A DNA stretch of 64,000 nt from the human T2T-CHM13v2.0 reference genome, Homo sapiens (GCF_009914755.1 NC_060926.1); one strand, 5' to 3'. Counted from the first letter of the stretch, positions 41,800 through 55,644 are shown. Numbers and translations are program-made. Notes: generated by a model not told the origin, from the sequence alone.

Positions 41800-41970
41800 G
41801 ACGCCACAGGGAGCACACTGGAATCACCTGGGGAGCTTGACAAGCTATTGATGCCTGGATCCAACTCCAAAAGGGTTTAAGACAATGTCTAGGTACAGTC
41901 TCAGCATCAGGAATTTTGTTTAAGCTTCCCAGGTGATTCTAATGTATTATCGAGTTTGAGAACCACTGCT
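41800..41970. mobile_element. MER5A-family MITE
   Basis: GAATCACCTGGGGAGCTT ... AAGCTTCCCAGGTGATTCTAATG..TTTGAGAACCACTG, internal palindromy. Confidence 0.8.
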
Positions 41971-42797
41971 CTAAGATAATAAGTTTGGTATTTTTGAAAC
42001 GAGCATAGCAGTTTCAAATTAAACATCCTTCCTGCAAATGGTCATCAATTTTAAATGAACCAAGCATGACTTCCTACACTATTTCATTGATCTAGTTGGT
42101 AACTGGAGAAATATGTCTTACATCATCATGAACAAATGTACAGTTTCCATAATGAATTGTCTTTACTGTCCTTGAGCTTGTGTGCAAGTCAACAATTCTT
42201 GCTAACAGCGGTACTTTTGCTCTATGGATTATTTCCAACCCATCAAACAACTTCCTTGCATGACTTCAATCTCATGCATTACTATTGGATATTAATTCAT
42301 TGTGCCCAATAATGGTCACTCTTTTGTGCCCGCACCTCTACCCATATTCTCTGCTCCTCACTCATCGCCCACCCACCCATCCATCTAACCTTCCTCCACT
42401 CCGCCCTTTGTTTGGCACTGGTATTACAATGACGAATGAGACAGTCCCTGCCTCAAAGGAGCTCACAATCTGGTGCGGAAAGCAGACAAGTCAACAGAAA
42501 CCATAGGAAAGCACGCCTATGCCATGCAAGAAGTGAGCTGAGGGTCGCAGGGAGCACCAAGAGGGGCCTCTCATGCTGCAGGGGGCAGGGAAGACGGCCG
42601 TCCCCATCACAAGAAGTACTGCCATTTGCACAGTGTCACTTTTTGTGTCACTGAACTCTTAAATTATTTATTGATTGTCAGTGTATAACACAGGGATAGA
42701 GAGATGCCCACAATAGGTATGTATTACCTGATTCTCTTTGCATCTTTATTCAGTCTTTCCTTGGAACTAAATAAGTATATGCATTCAACAATTAGGT

Positions 42798-43251
42798 TAA
42801 TGGTCCCCGTCTTCTTTGGCACTAGAGACCAGTTTTGTGGAAGACAATATTTCACAGACCAAGGTGAGGGGGATGGTTTTGGCATGATTCAAGCACATTA
42901 CATTTATTGTACACTTTATTTATACTATTATTACATACCTATTATAATGTAGAATCAGTGGGAGCCCTGAGCTTGTTTTCCTGCAACTAGACAGTCCCAT
43001 ATGGGGGTGACGGGAGGCAGTGACAGATCATCAGGCATTAGATTCTCATAAGGAGCAGGCAACCTAGATCCCTCACAGGTGCAGTTCACAATAGGGTCCG
43101 TGCTCCTATGAGAATCTAATGCCATGCTGATGTGACGGGAGGTGGAGCTCAGGGAATGCTCACTCATCCACCACTCACTTCTGCTGTATGGCCCAGTTCC
43201 TAACAGCCCACAGACTCATACCAGTCACTGGCCCGAGGTTGGGGACCCCTA
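42798..43251 (-). mobile_element. MER1A (hAT-Charlie)
   Basis: Reverse complement of the 30071-30557 element; ends GGTTGGGGACCCCT; 8-bp TSD AATTAGGT/AATTAGGA. Confidence 0.92.
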
Positions 43252-45649
43252 AATTAGGACATTAGTGAAAATAGGGAATATCAGGATTTGTGCACCTTCT
43301 GATTTAAACATGTTTCTTTGTTTGGGGGTGACGTATGTACCAAAGACTCTTCGTTTTGGTCTGGCTGGTTCCATGGTTCTTTTGAAAGTACAAAGCTTAT
43401 ACCCAGGCACACATGGCCACACCAGGAAGGCCGCGTGCTTACTGGCTGTCATCAGGGTCAAGAATGCTGTGATCTTCCTGGGGCTTCCTTTATAAACATC
43501 ATTGACACTGGGGATTTCTTCACATCAGAAGGTCAGCACATGATAAAGCATGTGCCTATTTTAAGACCAAATGCAGGACACTGGAGAACAGAAGATAAAC
43601 ACGAATATCAAGAGCTCCTAGACAGTCACCTAGGAGAAATGCCACCATGGAGACTCAGGACAGCATAGGACAAAGTCACCATGTCCACATACTTGAAGGA
43701 GCTGAATAAAAAGTCAACACAAAATGGGATATAAATTAAATGAAAGGATCATGGGAGGGTCAGTCACATCAACAAGGGGCCCGGGGCTCACGGCATGTTT
43801 GCCTTTCTCTATTTCAAAGGAATTTGGGGTCTGATTTTAATGTTATGATCTCACAAAATTGGAACTGTAAGGGATATTAGAGATAATTGACCCAATATTA
43901 ACTTATAAATGGGGAAACTGAGGCCCGGAGAGGCAGATCCATGGCTGAGGCTGTGCTTGGAGCAAAGGTCAGAGACAGGAACTGAAACACTCAGATGCTT
44001 CATTGCCAGCCCAGACCTGGCACCATCATCACAAAAGGTCGACCTAAAACCCCTCCCGTGACCAAGACCTCTACTTCCCAGTGCCACAATGACAGCAAAC
44101 CCATTGGTGGTTAACTCAGACATCAGCTGCAAATCTTGGCCTCCAGATTTGTAGAAGAAACATGGTTTCTCTATTTTCACGATGACAAATTTCATCTCAG
44201 AGTCTCGTTAAGCTCCCAGAGCACCTGGTGCCAAGACAAGGGGGTGCCGCAGTGGGAAGGCATGGAGGGAGCATCTGTGGTCCTGGCCCTTGGTCACTAT
44301 CATCTATCAGTGGATATATTTTTGTTATCCACAAAAATGTTCTCCTTCCATCAGGTCTCAGGGGTCCAGCTCATGCCATTAACTGCTACGTGCTCCTGTC
44401 CCAGTTATGGCCCCCTTCAGGTGTCGCAGCCCCCAGGCCTCCCTGGGGACAAGTCACTACTCTGCCCTGTGCTTGTCTGCAGGTGGGTGAGAGAAGGCAC
44501 AAGGAAGAACCTGTGATATGAGGGACTGCTCCAAGCCTGTCCACCTGAACCGCCAGTGAAACAATTCCACCTGCTGCCACCTGGGAGACTGAATTAAGGC
44601 TCCTTTCCTAAATCCTACCCAGGGAACTTCAGCAGTGACACGGCGTTTCTGTCCCCCAGGAATCCTCAAGCATGTCTAGGGTTTCAGTGGGAACCCTCCA
44701 TTACCCCCTCCAACAGAGGGTTCGGCACTGGCCAGGGTCTGTGCCTGAAGACAGAGCCTTAGACACCTTCTCAGAACTTTTCTCCCCTTCTCCCATCTCT
44801 AGAATCTTTATTTAATCTCAGAGCAACAAGGAACAAAAACTGGCTCTGTGCTAGCATTCTTCCAAATGTATTGCTCATACCCTGAGTTCTTCTGAAATTC
44901 AAAAGCCAGGTTGGGGTTCCCTGTGCTGTTTCCTTACATCTTCCCTGTGGCAGTGAATGCTTCGCTCTCCAAAGTGGGGAGAAGGCTATGGAACAGCAGG
45001 GAAACCAGGAGAAAGAGATTATGAGGAATGATTGAAATAGACTCCACCTCACCAAGATCAAAGTGGCAGCACCTTGGTGGGTGGATGGCATTGCTTGTTC
45101 CTTGGCCGCACCTTCAACACCACACCCAGTCAGGTTCCAAATGTCAGTTCCACAGCGGAGATTGCCACAAGCAAGAGACACTAGAGAATTAGGACCGGCC
45201 ACTGCCCTAGCAGGGACAGAATGCAGCCAGCTAATGGTACAGCAGCAGCGTTTCACCCTGAGGTCCACCACAAGCTGACTTCTCTCTCAGCCATGTCGTC
45301 CTTATCTGTACAAGGCAGAGAGCAAAATCTACTTTGCAGTATTCTCATAAAGATTGCATTTAGGGGAGGAATGTCCTGAGCAAGGTGCATGTGTGTGATT
45401 GTTGCAGGATAAATAGCAGCCATTGTTGAGATCTTTCTCCTCTGTCACTGCTCACATCCTTTAAAAGAATTGTGAAATTTTGATCTGGCGTCCTTCTGGG
45501 CTTACCAGCTGGCATGGTATTAATGAAGAGACACTGGGTCATAATTTTGGTCACAAAACAGGCCATGTGGGGAAAGATGTGTTTGAGAGAAGCCTATATT
45601 TATAAGATTATCTGGAAAATGTGAACAATTGCTAACGAAAGCGATTTGG

Positions 45650-46130
45650 CAAGGGCATAAATGACTCAGGCCCGTTCCCGTTTCTAGAAAAACAACTCAG
45701 ACCACTTTGTCTCCCCAAGACTATGAATGTGGCAGTTGCTGTGAGCTGCAGCCCATGATACATGCTGTGCAGACCAGGGGTCTCCATCACCCATCGCCCT
45801 TCCCTATGGCCACACTGAATCGGCACATGCTCCGGTGACTCACAGGTTCCCAAGCCCACCCCCCAGAGCTCTCAGTCCAGAATTATTGCCATAAAGGGAT
45901 TCATGGAGGAGAAAGAATTTCAGAAAACATCTTCAGGACTTGCACCTGAGAATGCAAGGGCATTCCAAGTGAGAACAGGTGCAGCCTGGCGGGCCGCATA
46001 CGCGCTTCCTGCTGGAGACATCCCAGCCTGACCCGCTGCCCGGCACTCACTCATCAGAAGCACATAGCACGCCTCCGCCCAGCCCTTGGCTTCATTTGGG
46101 TATTCCAGAGATTTTCCTTTGACGAGTCAT
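45650..46130. promoter_or_regulatory. Candidate AP-1/TEAD enhancer
   Basis: TGACTCA 45662-45668 and 45836-45842, AGAATG 45949-45954 plus CATTCC 45961-45966, local CpG enrichment near 45990-46080. Confidence 0.45.
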
Positions 46131-46669
46131 GCTACACTCGGATACGCATGGAAACTGATACAACCGCCATACTTTCCATTGTTTTATGTTCAAAGAGCTG
46201 GGGGTATGTTGATTGATAATCTCCTAAAGCTGCATTTCATATAAACTTGGAGCTAGTACTGACTAGACCTAGACCAACACCTCCAGGAATAGGTTGCCCT
46301 TCAGTGCAGCCCTTGCCAGGGTAAACAGTTTATGATACCGATGTTCAGATCCAGTTTCTTCTAAAACACAACCCAAGTTTCACTATCCCAAGCTGTCTAA
46401 AGACCTGGAAGCTCCCATGAAGTTAATCAGTGATGCCAATGTGAATCCACTAAGAAATGGGAACCCCAGAGCACACATTAGCAAAGGGTGTCCAGTCAGT
46501 CTCGCAGTGAAACAGGTCAATTATATTTTCTCCCTCACTGTCTCTTTTTTAAAAAATAAGAAAATTCCAAGTCACATACCAATAGCTGGATTAAGATATA
46601 TGGCTCAGCCAAACAACACAGCAGTGAAATGACCGCCGCAGGCCCTCACCACATGGGCTGTGCCTCCCA

Positions 46670-46860
46670 GCCCCCATCCTAAGTGCTTCACTTACATTCA
46701 CTCATTCAACCCTTACACCCACCCTGTGAAGCTGAAACTGTTATTATCCCCAATTGGCAAAAGAGGAAACCAAGGCACAAAGAGACTTAAGTCCTACAAC
46801 TAACGATTGGCAAAGCCTGGTTCCAGCCCAGACAGTCCAGCTCCCGACTCCACATTTTTG
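46670..46860 (-). mobile_element. MIR SINE
   Basis: CTCATTCAACCCTTACA..CCCTGTGA..TTATCCCCA..GAGGAAACCAAGGCACAAAGAG. Confidence 0.75.
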
Positions 46861-48734
46861 AACACAAATATTCAGGACGTGCAGCCAGACAGCCCCAGGT
46901 GGCAGGCCAAGGATGACAGAGTTCCAAAGTGAAGGGAGAGGATTTGCAGAAGCATAACAGCTGTTACACAAATGCTATAAAATCTGCCCAAAGCCACAAC
47001 CCTCTCCAAGACAGCAGCATCTCACCACCGCACACCCAGTGGATCACAAGATTCGCTCTTCTCTTTCCTCCATTCAGCTGTCGCCCAGTCTTGAGACACC
47101 CTAGCACCATGGTGCATCCTCACATGGGTGAGCAGGGCCACTGCAGCAGGAAGAGGGGCCCCTGCTTTATGGAGACCAGGAAAGTCAGCGGCTCTAGTGG
47201 CTCTCTTAGGGCCATTCCCCAGGGAAGGCCCGCCGGAGTCCAGCACCCCTTAAAGTTCCTCTGGACGTTCCCTGCAAAGTGTAACCTAAGGCTGGGTCCT
47301 GGCCTGGATGCCTGCTGTCTTGCCTGGCCTCCACCACACTCAAAGACTGTGAGCTGTGACCAGTGGAGCCGGGGTATTGCCGCAATGACTCCCCGCTCAC
47401 AAAGACACAGGAAAAGCACCAGGCTGGGGAGATGGCCCTGCGCCTGCCTCCGCCTCCCATTTGGAAAACACACAAAGAAAGGGAAATGGTGCTGTCCAAG
47501 ATCAGAGCAGACATGGCCAACCAAAGTAGCAGACAAGGAGATTTCATGAGCTCAGTGGGGTTCTTCCCCATGTCGATGGTCAGCGAAGAGTTCAACATTT
47601 TCATTAAACACCAGAAAGTATGTCTTGGAGAATTACTGGTGAGAAACCTTCTAACAGAAAAACTTTTTTGGTGTTTTTTTTTTTTTCATCTTGACCCAGA
47701 TACTAAATACCACATAACTGACACGGCCCCCTTGGAAGGCCCTCTTCATGTTGACCACAGTGCTGAGACACTCAGGGTTGTGCTCAGACCTAGAAGTCAG
47801 GGGCAACTGACTAACAGAGGCGCTTAGGCAACAGCGCCTGTCTTCTGAGGATGCTTAGAATATTTTTTCCCAAGTTCTTTGAAACTAGGACAGGCTCTCT
47901 CCGACAGTGCGATGGCACACGGAGGGGACGCTGCCATCTCAGAGGCCATTCGACACTGGCACTGTCCTGCCCCTAACACTGGTTCCCCTGGTTCTCCGGA
48001 TCTCGCTGGGAGGGGACAGCAGGCAGGGACGCATCCCAGCCTCCCCTATTCACCGTTTAGCACAGGGCCAGGCAACAGAAGGGACTCTCACAACGGGCCT
48101 TATTAGAGCACAGTGCACACTCAGCAAAAAAAGACTTTCTTCAAAGGGTTCTGGGCAGGAAACGTCAAAGAATGAAGTATCTTGATAAAGAAGGCAACCA
48201 AGAAAATGAAAGCAGTCTGCTTTCGGAAACTAAACCACCCTCCCGCTTCCAACCCGGCAAGCCCTTCAAAGGCTCCCGCACGCAGGCCTGTCTGCAGCAT
48301 TAACCCAAAGCCAGGCTTCTCCCTGCCCGTACAGAGAGCATCAGCAATGCTCCCACCGCCACCCCACCCCACCCAGGCCTGCAGCCTCACCAAGCGGGAG
48401 AGGGGCCGGGGGTGCTGCAGAGGAGGCTGGATAAGGCCGGTTTTCTTTGTAAGGTAGCAGATCCCTGAGATTCCCTGCGGGCTCTTCCAAAGCGCGGACT
48501 CTGGCCAGAGTTCACGGCCCCTCTGCAGAAGCTTCAACCACGCTGTTCACAAACCCAGCTGAGCGCTCTTACCCAAGGCTGCAACATCCATCATCCGCTA
48601 TTTCACGGCTCATTTTGGGGACCTAATTTGGAGATGGGCAATGGGCAAGTTGCCCACTAAGCCAAGGGAGAATAGAGGCGCTTAAAAATTGTATGACAAG
48701 AGGTGCTTTGTGGCCCTCCACAGACTTGGGCAAG

Positions 48735-49800
48735 AATCACGCGGACCGCGGGCAGTGGTGCCCACCGAGAGCACCTGGAAGGGCCAGCGTCAGGGGGCGC
48801 GCTGGTCAGGCCCCGTCAGGCCCCGACTGCAGCCTCGTCCACTGTGAGGCTGGGGGGACGCCTAGTCGCTAGCTTCCCCGGTCTGGGGCCGCGCTGTCTG
48901 AAACCTCTCCAGAGGGGAAACTGAGTTCTCTCAGCTGACGAGGTTTCCAAGAACTCCAGTCCCCAGGGCCCTAGAATGCTGGCTGTGGACCGATGGGATT
49001 CTTAGACCCGGGTCACCTGCGTCAACAGCCCTGGGCTGGGCGGAGGGCAGCCCCGCACCTGCACCTGCCCGGCCGCCTAGGGGGTTGGAGGTGGCTCCAC
49101 CGGACTCCTGTCGGGGCGCAGCCCGGACGCGCCCGGCGGGCGTGGAGGCCGCTCCCGGGCGGGGTAAACGGGCTGGGGCGCGGGGTTAAGGGGCGGGGTG
49201 GGGCGGAGGCTGTCTCCCGCCGCGCCTGCCTCGGATGAGGGCAGCACCTGCTGGGCCGCTGAACGCCCTCCCCTCTCTCTACTACCCACCCCACCACCAC
49301 CCCGAACACCGCCGCGCCGGCTTCTGCGCTCCCTGGGCCCGATGCGGGGGACGAGACGTGGGTGCGGGAGTAATGGAAGGTGCAGGGGAGGTCGGCGAGG
49401 GGGCGGGGGTGGGTGCAGGGAGGGCTGAGCCCGCTGTGCAGGTCTGCGCAGCAGCCAGGCCACCCAATCTTTGTGTTTTTTTTACCAACTTTACTGAATA
49501 CATATTTAGGAGCATGCATACATACATACATACATACATACATACATACATACATACATACATCTTTTTTTCAGCCTTTCAGGAAACAGAAAGAAGTGTT
49601 GAGAAATAAGTAAGGTCTCCTTTACGTGCTGAAATTGATTAAATAAATAACCGAAGAAACGCCAGGGAGCATCCTGAGCCCGGGTTTGCTAGCCTTCCTC
49701 CCCGCGGTGGGTGAACCCATAAACTGAAATAAAACATCCAGGCCGGAACCAGCGAAGGCGACGTGGAGAGATGCGACTGCAAACACAATCTGCCCCCAGG
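48735..49800. promoter_or_regulatory. CpG island / TATA-less promoter-like region
   Basis: Very GC- and CpG-rich versus CpG-depleted flanks; multiple GGGGCGG GC boxes (49190-49206, 49399-49409); no repeat origin evident. Confidence 0.85.
49517..49563. repeat. (CATA)n microsatellite, ~11 units
   Basis: Direct reading. Confidence 0.97.
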
Positions 49801-51616
49801 AACACCTCCCCCCTCAGCTGGAGGTGTGGACAAACAGGAACCAGCGATAGCATTCTTAAAAGGTTAGATAAGGAAGGCAGGTGCAGCCTACCTGGTATTT
49901 ATCTTCTTGGCTTTTACTTCCTAGAAATATTTATCCTTTATTACCTACTGTACTATATTTAGGACCTCATTGGGTTTCCGGCCGTTTTCTGTTTGGACCG
50001 GTTTTTTTCTTGTTACCTTGTTAATATAAGCACGCAGGTTTAATTCCGTTTAAGACTTGTGAAGGATTCTCACCCCTACCCCCATCCCACAGTCTGCCGT
50101 CTTACCAAGTCAAGTCAATTTCACAGGTGTTAAATAACATTGAATAAGAAATATATAATCAGCATAAAAATTAAGTGCTGCATGACAACACAGGAAAATA
50201 CCTCATATTCTGCCTAGTTTCTATAACATTTCTGTGAGCGGCCAGGGATCCTGGCCCCACTATTGCAGTATTTATTTTCTTACTGGTTTTTCATGTATTA
50301 CTTGAAAATCCTAATTTCCAGCTTAGAGAAGGAATGCATTTCAAATGCGACGTGCCAGCAAGTTGAAGGGCTGGAGAGAAGATTTAAGTCATTTTTTTTC
50401 CTTTCTCCAGACTTTCTACTCCAGGTGGGAGTGGGGTGGCTGTTCTAATGGGGTCAGGTTTGAGACTAACGTGCATTTATTGGCCTGCCCCCACCTCTGG
50501 TTTTGTAGGTTGTTTTTGTGTTGAGAGCATATTTCATACTGAAATGAGAATTACCACCTTCCTCACACCGCTACTCACATGCACAGAAGACGGGGAGCAT
50601 GAATGTCTGATGCTCATGTTCTCACAAGTGCCAGCCAGAAACAAGCAGGACACCAGCCCAGACCCCGCACCCCACATGGGCCAGAGCCAGTCTGTGACCA
50701 GACCTTCTGCTGTAAGCTGTCGTAACGGAGTCCCAGCTCTGAAATGATGTCAGGACTCAAACTCAGGCCCCTGGGCCTTAAACATTTGGGCATTAAATCC
50801 CATGCCCTCACCACCTAAGCTACACTGACTTGACCCGGCAGAATTTTGCAAGGAGTTGCACACTAACTGGCATCCATGGCATAAACCACATCAGTCATGC
50901 AAGTGGAATTTTCAAAAGCCAGAATGAGTTCCCAAACTTTGACTTGGCTCTCATAATCCTAGTGGTCCCTTCCACTTTAGGAACATCACGTCCTTCCCAG
51001 GCTGGTCATACAGGTTTCCTGCCACTACTCTGCATACATGCACACACATGCATCTGATACTTCAAATTCACCCAGGCATTCTTCTCAATAACTGATGCCC
51101 CAAAGCAATTGGAAATAGAAAGTAGTGACTTTGGACCACTTTTTGATTTCATTTGGCCCTTTAAACACTACTTATTTTGATGAAATAAGCGTGGTTATTC
51201 AGTAACCTAGGCTGTATCCAGTGCTGCGTCCTGATCAGGCTAGGTGTTCAGTAAATATTAATTGTTGGACCCAAATGCACTAAAAGAGCCTCTGGCATGA
51301 TTCTCCCTTACAGCTCTTCAATCTGGATGTTCCCTAGGGGCTGAAAGGTTTGTTCTGGTTCCTGGTTCTCCTCCTCCCTCTTCCCTCTGCTTATCCTGGG
51401 GACCACTACCCATGAAGGCAGACCCCTGTAATCAACATAAGCCAGGCTCCAGGAGGGTCTCACAGGACATTGACTTTGCCTTCTCCTCTAAGACCAGCAC
51501 AAACACAGCCTGAGACTCACCTTCCCAAAGACCAGCACTGCTCACCACCAGTCTCCACGGAAGTCTGCAGTAGCTATAATTAAGCAAGGCTTCCAGGCCA
51601 GTAGGTGTTTGCTGAG

Positions 51617-51653
51617 TGAATGAATGAATGAATGAATGAATGAATGAATGAAT
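51617..51653. repeat. (TGAA)n microsatellite, probably an L2 tail
   Basis: ~9 units following GTAGGTG..TGCTGAG. Confidence 0.9.
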
Positions 51654-53339
51654 ACATAACATAAATAATAAACAAGGTTGCCGCCAGTTGGCCCCTTCCT
51701 CTCCATCCTTTTCTCTCTGTATTCTTGGACCAGCGGTTGGTTCCCAGGTTTTAGATTGTATAGATCACTTACTTTTTTTTTTTTTTATCTGAGGGCTGTA
51801 TGGAGTTTCTAACTTTTAATTTTGTCAAGGAAGGTTATTTTTGAGGGACCACTATCCCCATCGTTTCATAAAAGAAACAGCAATTTTCAAAAATACAAGG
51901 CTATAAGCTGAGTGCATTTAGGAAAAAACCGTACCATACTTTCCCTTATTTCACCCAGACCATTGAGAACTCTATGGAGAAGTTAGCCCAGTCAGTACCA
52001 GTGGGGGAACCTCCCTCTAGGTCATGCCCTCTGCTGATGGCCTCACGTCCCAATCCTGTGCCGTTCCCCAACACCATTCCGTGTACCCCAACTTTGGTGT
52101 CAGCAATGACCTCCTTCTTTGTCTCAAAGTTTCCACCTCTCTTCCTTTAAACCCTGCAAAAGTTCCCAGTTACTGTGAACTAGCCTAGACCTTCCTCACA
52201 CACCAACATTTGGGGAAGGAGATATCTCTCCCTGCTGTTGACAGGTCCCCCAAATCCATGCATCTCTGTATCTTAACACTCCCTTTTAGTTCCCTCCACC
52301 CCCCGCTGCTCCATGTTCCCCAGCATCCAGCCAAGTCCTGTCCATATTATTGATGGACTGATCCTTTCCACTAAAGGTAGAGAAAATGAACGCTGAGATT
52401 TCTTTAACTGGCAACATAACTTAACTAGATCCTTCAAATCTAGTCACTGTCCAAATATGATTCCTTACAACTGATGTAATAGGCCAATTTATTTTAGAGT
52501 CTGAATAAATATCAAGTCACTTTGGCAGCTTTGGAGGTTACCTGCCATGTCGTCAGTGTGCCCAACACAAACAGTGCCACAGAGGTGTTCTGTCTTTTAG
52601 ACATGAAGAAGGCAGTGTCTGAGTTGTTTCCTTGGCCTAAAATGACCTCTGCCCCCTCCAAATCCCGTCCCCCTCTCAAAACTTAATTCAGGTCCCTCCT
52701 CTGTGGAATCTTTCTTGCCTATTCCAGCTCTCTTGAATCTCTTCTGCCTCTGAATCCAACATCACTTCTAGTCCTTCAAATTAGCATTTTATTATCAGGT
52801 TGTCTTGTCTTGTTCACCACGGTTTCACGTGGGTTATTCTGGTCTCCCTAAGTGGATTGTTGTGGGCAGGGCCAATCTCTTCATGCCTTTTTCCTTGTCT
52901 GGGTCCTGCCCAAGAGTACCAGGCATAGGGCTGAGAACTAGGAGGAGCACAGATGTCCTTACCAGGTGCGTGATTAGATCTCTCCATCCATGGTTGGTCC
53001 CTAAGACAGTTCCTTTGTGACCAGAGACAGGAATCCACAGAAGAGTTGGCTGGTAAGACTGTTACCAGAAGCAGGGGAAGGGATTTTACCCTGACCTCAT
53101 TAAAGCAACATTCTGGAAAACAGTCCCACCTTCTCATAGGATTCTAATTGAGAAGTTAAAGGGGGAAAAAGTGAGCAACGGTAATACTTGCAGTGCATTG
53201 TACGGCCTACCCAAATAACTAGACTAAGACATGGAACACAGGCACTGTAAAAGACATACGGGATGCTAAAGGGGCTCCGAGGAAAAGGAGCACTTCCCTC
53301 AGGGAGACATGGGCAGTGTTCACAGAGATGGAGGCAGTG

Positions 53340-53595
53340 GTAGGAGGCACCTGGACTGTAGAATCAATCAGACTGGGTTCAAGTCCCAGATCTGTCATCT
53401 GCTAATTGTATGGCCTTGGGCACTGGAGTGCTTTGCTCCTGGAAATGTGGTCTGGGTCACAGGCATCACCTGGGAGCTTGTGACAAACCTGGATCTCCAG
53501 TGGGTGGGAGGCCCTACTCCAGGCTTGCTGGGTAAGACCCTGCACTGAAGCAAGTTCCCCCGAGGAAGTGCAAGGGCACATTAGAGGTGCTGCAG
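53340..53595. mobile_element. MIR 5' fragment followed by a MER5A-like fragment
   Basis: AGACTGGGTTCAAGTCCCAG..GGCCTTGGGCA, then GCATCACCTGGGAGCTTGT. Confidence 0.6.
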
Positions 53596-55644
53596 GGAAT
53601 GATGCTCAGGGCTTGTCACCACTGTGTATGGTCTTACAGAGGATGTGTCACTGTTGTGTGCAATACTATAACTACATGGGACATAAAAATGGGTCCATGG
53701 ACCAAGTATGGAGAGCAGTGGAAAGATAGATACCAATTATGATAACCTTCTTTGAGCCTGGATAGAGGGAGCTGGGTCTAAAAAACTGTTTAATTACATG
53801 ACCCAATAAATTCCCTACTGCTTAAGTCAGGCAGGCTAGGTTTTCTACACTTGAGAATTAAACAAGAGTGCATTTCTAAAGCATCTAGTGCCCTGCTTTG
53901 GCCCACAGTGGGAGCTTGGGAGCTTGGTATTGAGAATTGCTACTGCAGTGATTGTTATGGTGGTTGAACTTGAACTTGAACTTGAAGTCTCTGTAAACTT
54001 TCAATGACTCCAATTTAAATGTAGACAAAGAAGGAAAAGCACAAGACAAATGGTATTGACCTTTGGCTAATCTAGACAAAAATGGAGCTTGGGAGACTAT
54101 TCTCTTTGGGAGAATAAAACTGGGGACACAAAAATGGAGGGCTTGAATGTATCTGAGCAGGAGATCAGGGTCAGCATGCAGACTTTACAAGGTTGGTCAG
54201 TTCTCCTAGAAGGAGAAATGCTTCTTCCCTCTCTAGATGCTTCCTTTCGGTAGCCTTTCCTACTGCCCACCAAGGGACAGAGAGTGCCTTCCAGTTGATA
54301 TTTTAGGATGCATGACTGGGCAAGCTTGGTTCAGTTCTGGTCTTCTTTTTCCTCTCTGGAGTGAGCCTGTTGGTGAAAAATAGGAGTTCTCTGCTGCTGC
54401 TCTGGCCTGTTGTCACCCTGCTCCAGGAAGTCATCCTTGGGCCAGCCCCTCCAGTGGCAGACACCTGCTCTGGGTTACTGCTGCAAAGACTGGATGGCTA
54501 AGTCACTTAAACTGAGGTCAGCACAGCCAAGCACTTAGCCACTGCATGCAAAGTCGTATTTGCTAATGTGACATCTGTCAAGAATAAAGACACCTCCATC
54601 TTTACTCAATGTTTCATCTCTTAACCTACTCAAAAGTCAGGCAGGGAGGAGGGGGGCTCTTTTGGGGACCCCATGAAAGCTGCTATAGTCAGGATAAATC
54701 GGAGCGGGTAGAGATGGAAATTGGGGAGCAGCTTTGAAGCCTCTGTGAAGGGTGAAGGCTGTGCTGGTGAGACAGCAGGTAGAGGAAAGGACAGAACGGG
54801 GCAGATGTCAGAGAAGGAGAAAGGAAAGCCCCACAGGCCTCACGGGGTTGGGGGTGTGGCGGCAGCCAGGGGTGAGGGGCTCTGGGGCTGACAGGGCATC
54901 TCGATGGAAAAATCCAGTGGGAAACAGAATTGTGGGCTGCCAGTCATGAGGGAGGGAGAGGAGTATTGCATGGAAATAAAACTGACACATAGTGTGGATG
55001 GGATCCAGGGGAGAAATGCGGAGCATGCAAAGGAGTCAGCTGAGGACGGAGCCACGGGACCTCTGCACTCGGGAGGCTGGAGGAGGAGGAAGATGGCGCC
55101 TAGAAGAGCGAGTTCCCCGGGAGAGAGGTCAGGGAGCGAGGAGAGGCAGGAAACTGCAGGGAGGCAAGGCCGGCTGCAGGAAAGGAGCCCGGAAACCTCA
55201 CACGCTCATAAGCAAACTAGAGAGTCCAGAAGGCCACAGAGAAGACCCAGGTGGGCTCCAAGGGCAAACAGGTCCCAGACCTGAAGGACCAGACATCTCT
55301 TAGGAAGCCCCTGTCCCAGCAGACAAGGAGAGAGAGCCTGTGCCAGGGGCTGGGGAGAAACCCGCGCAGGCAGCCACACAGCCAGTTTGGATGCCAAGCA
55401 AAAACAGCCAAGGGCATCCGGGCCAAGTCAAATCACAGGCCACCAACCATGGCATGGCCACCCTGTGGGAGCATGAGCAGGAACTCTGTCTCTGAGGCAA
55501 GCAGAGCCCCCTCCGCTGCCCGCTCCCCAATTCCTGCTCCATTGTGGGTGCAGCTTCTGATGACTTCAGCGGAGATGAATCCCAGAGAGATGACTATTTT
55601 CTCAAAGTCATGCCTTTTTTAAGCACTAAGTGGGGAAAAAAGTT

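Noticed and set aside
46929-47549. Longest ORF (206 aa) and overlapping ORFs on both strands
   Set aside because: GTG start, no recognisable domain, Cys/Trp/Pro/Arg-rich composition typical of chance ORFs in GC-rich DNA; would need PhyloCSF or Ribo-seq support
49022-49613. Several 76-177 aa ORFs in the CpG island
   Set aside because: Stop-poor GC-rich DNA and (CATA)n-derived MYVC repeats; no domain
54904-55622. GC/CpG-enriched region with 100-126 aa ORFs
   Set aside because: Low-complexity purine-rich translation with no domain; CpG density looks below the main island
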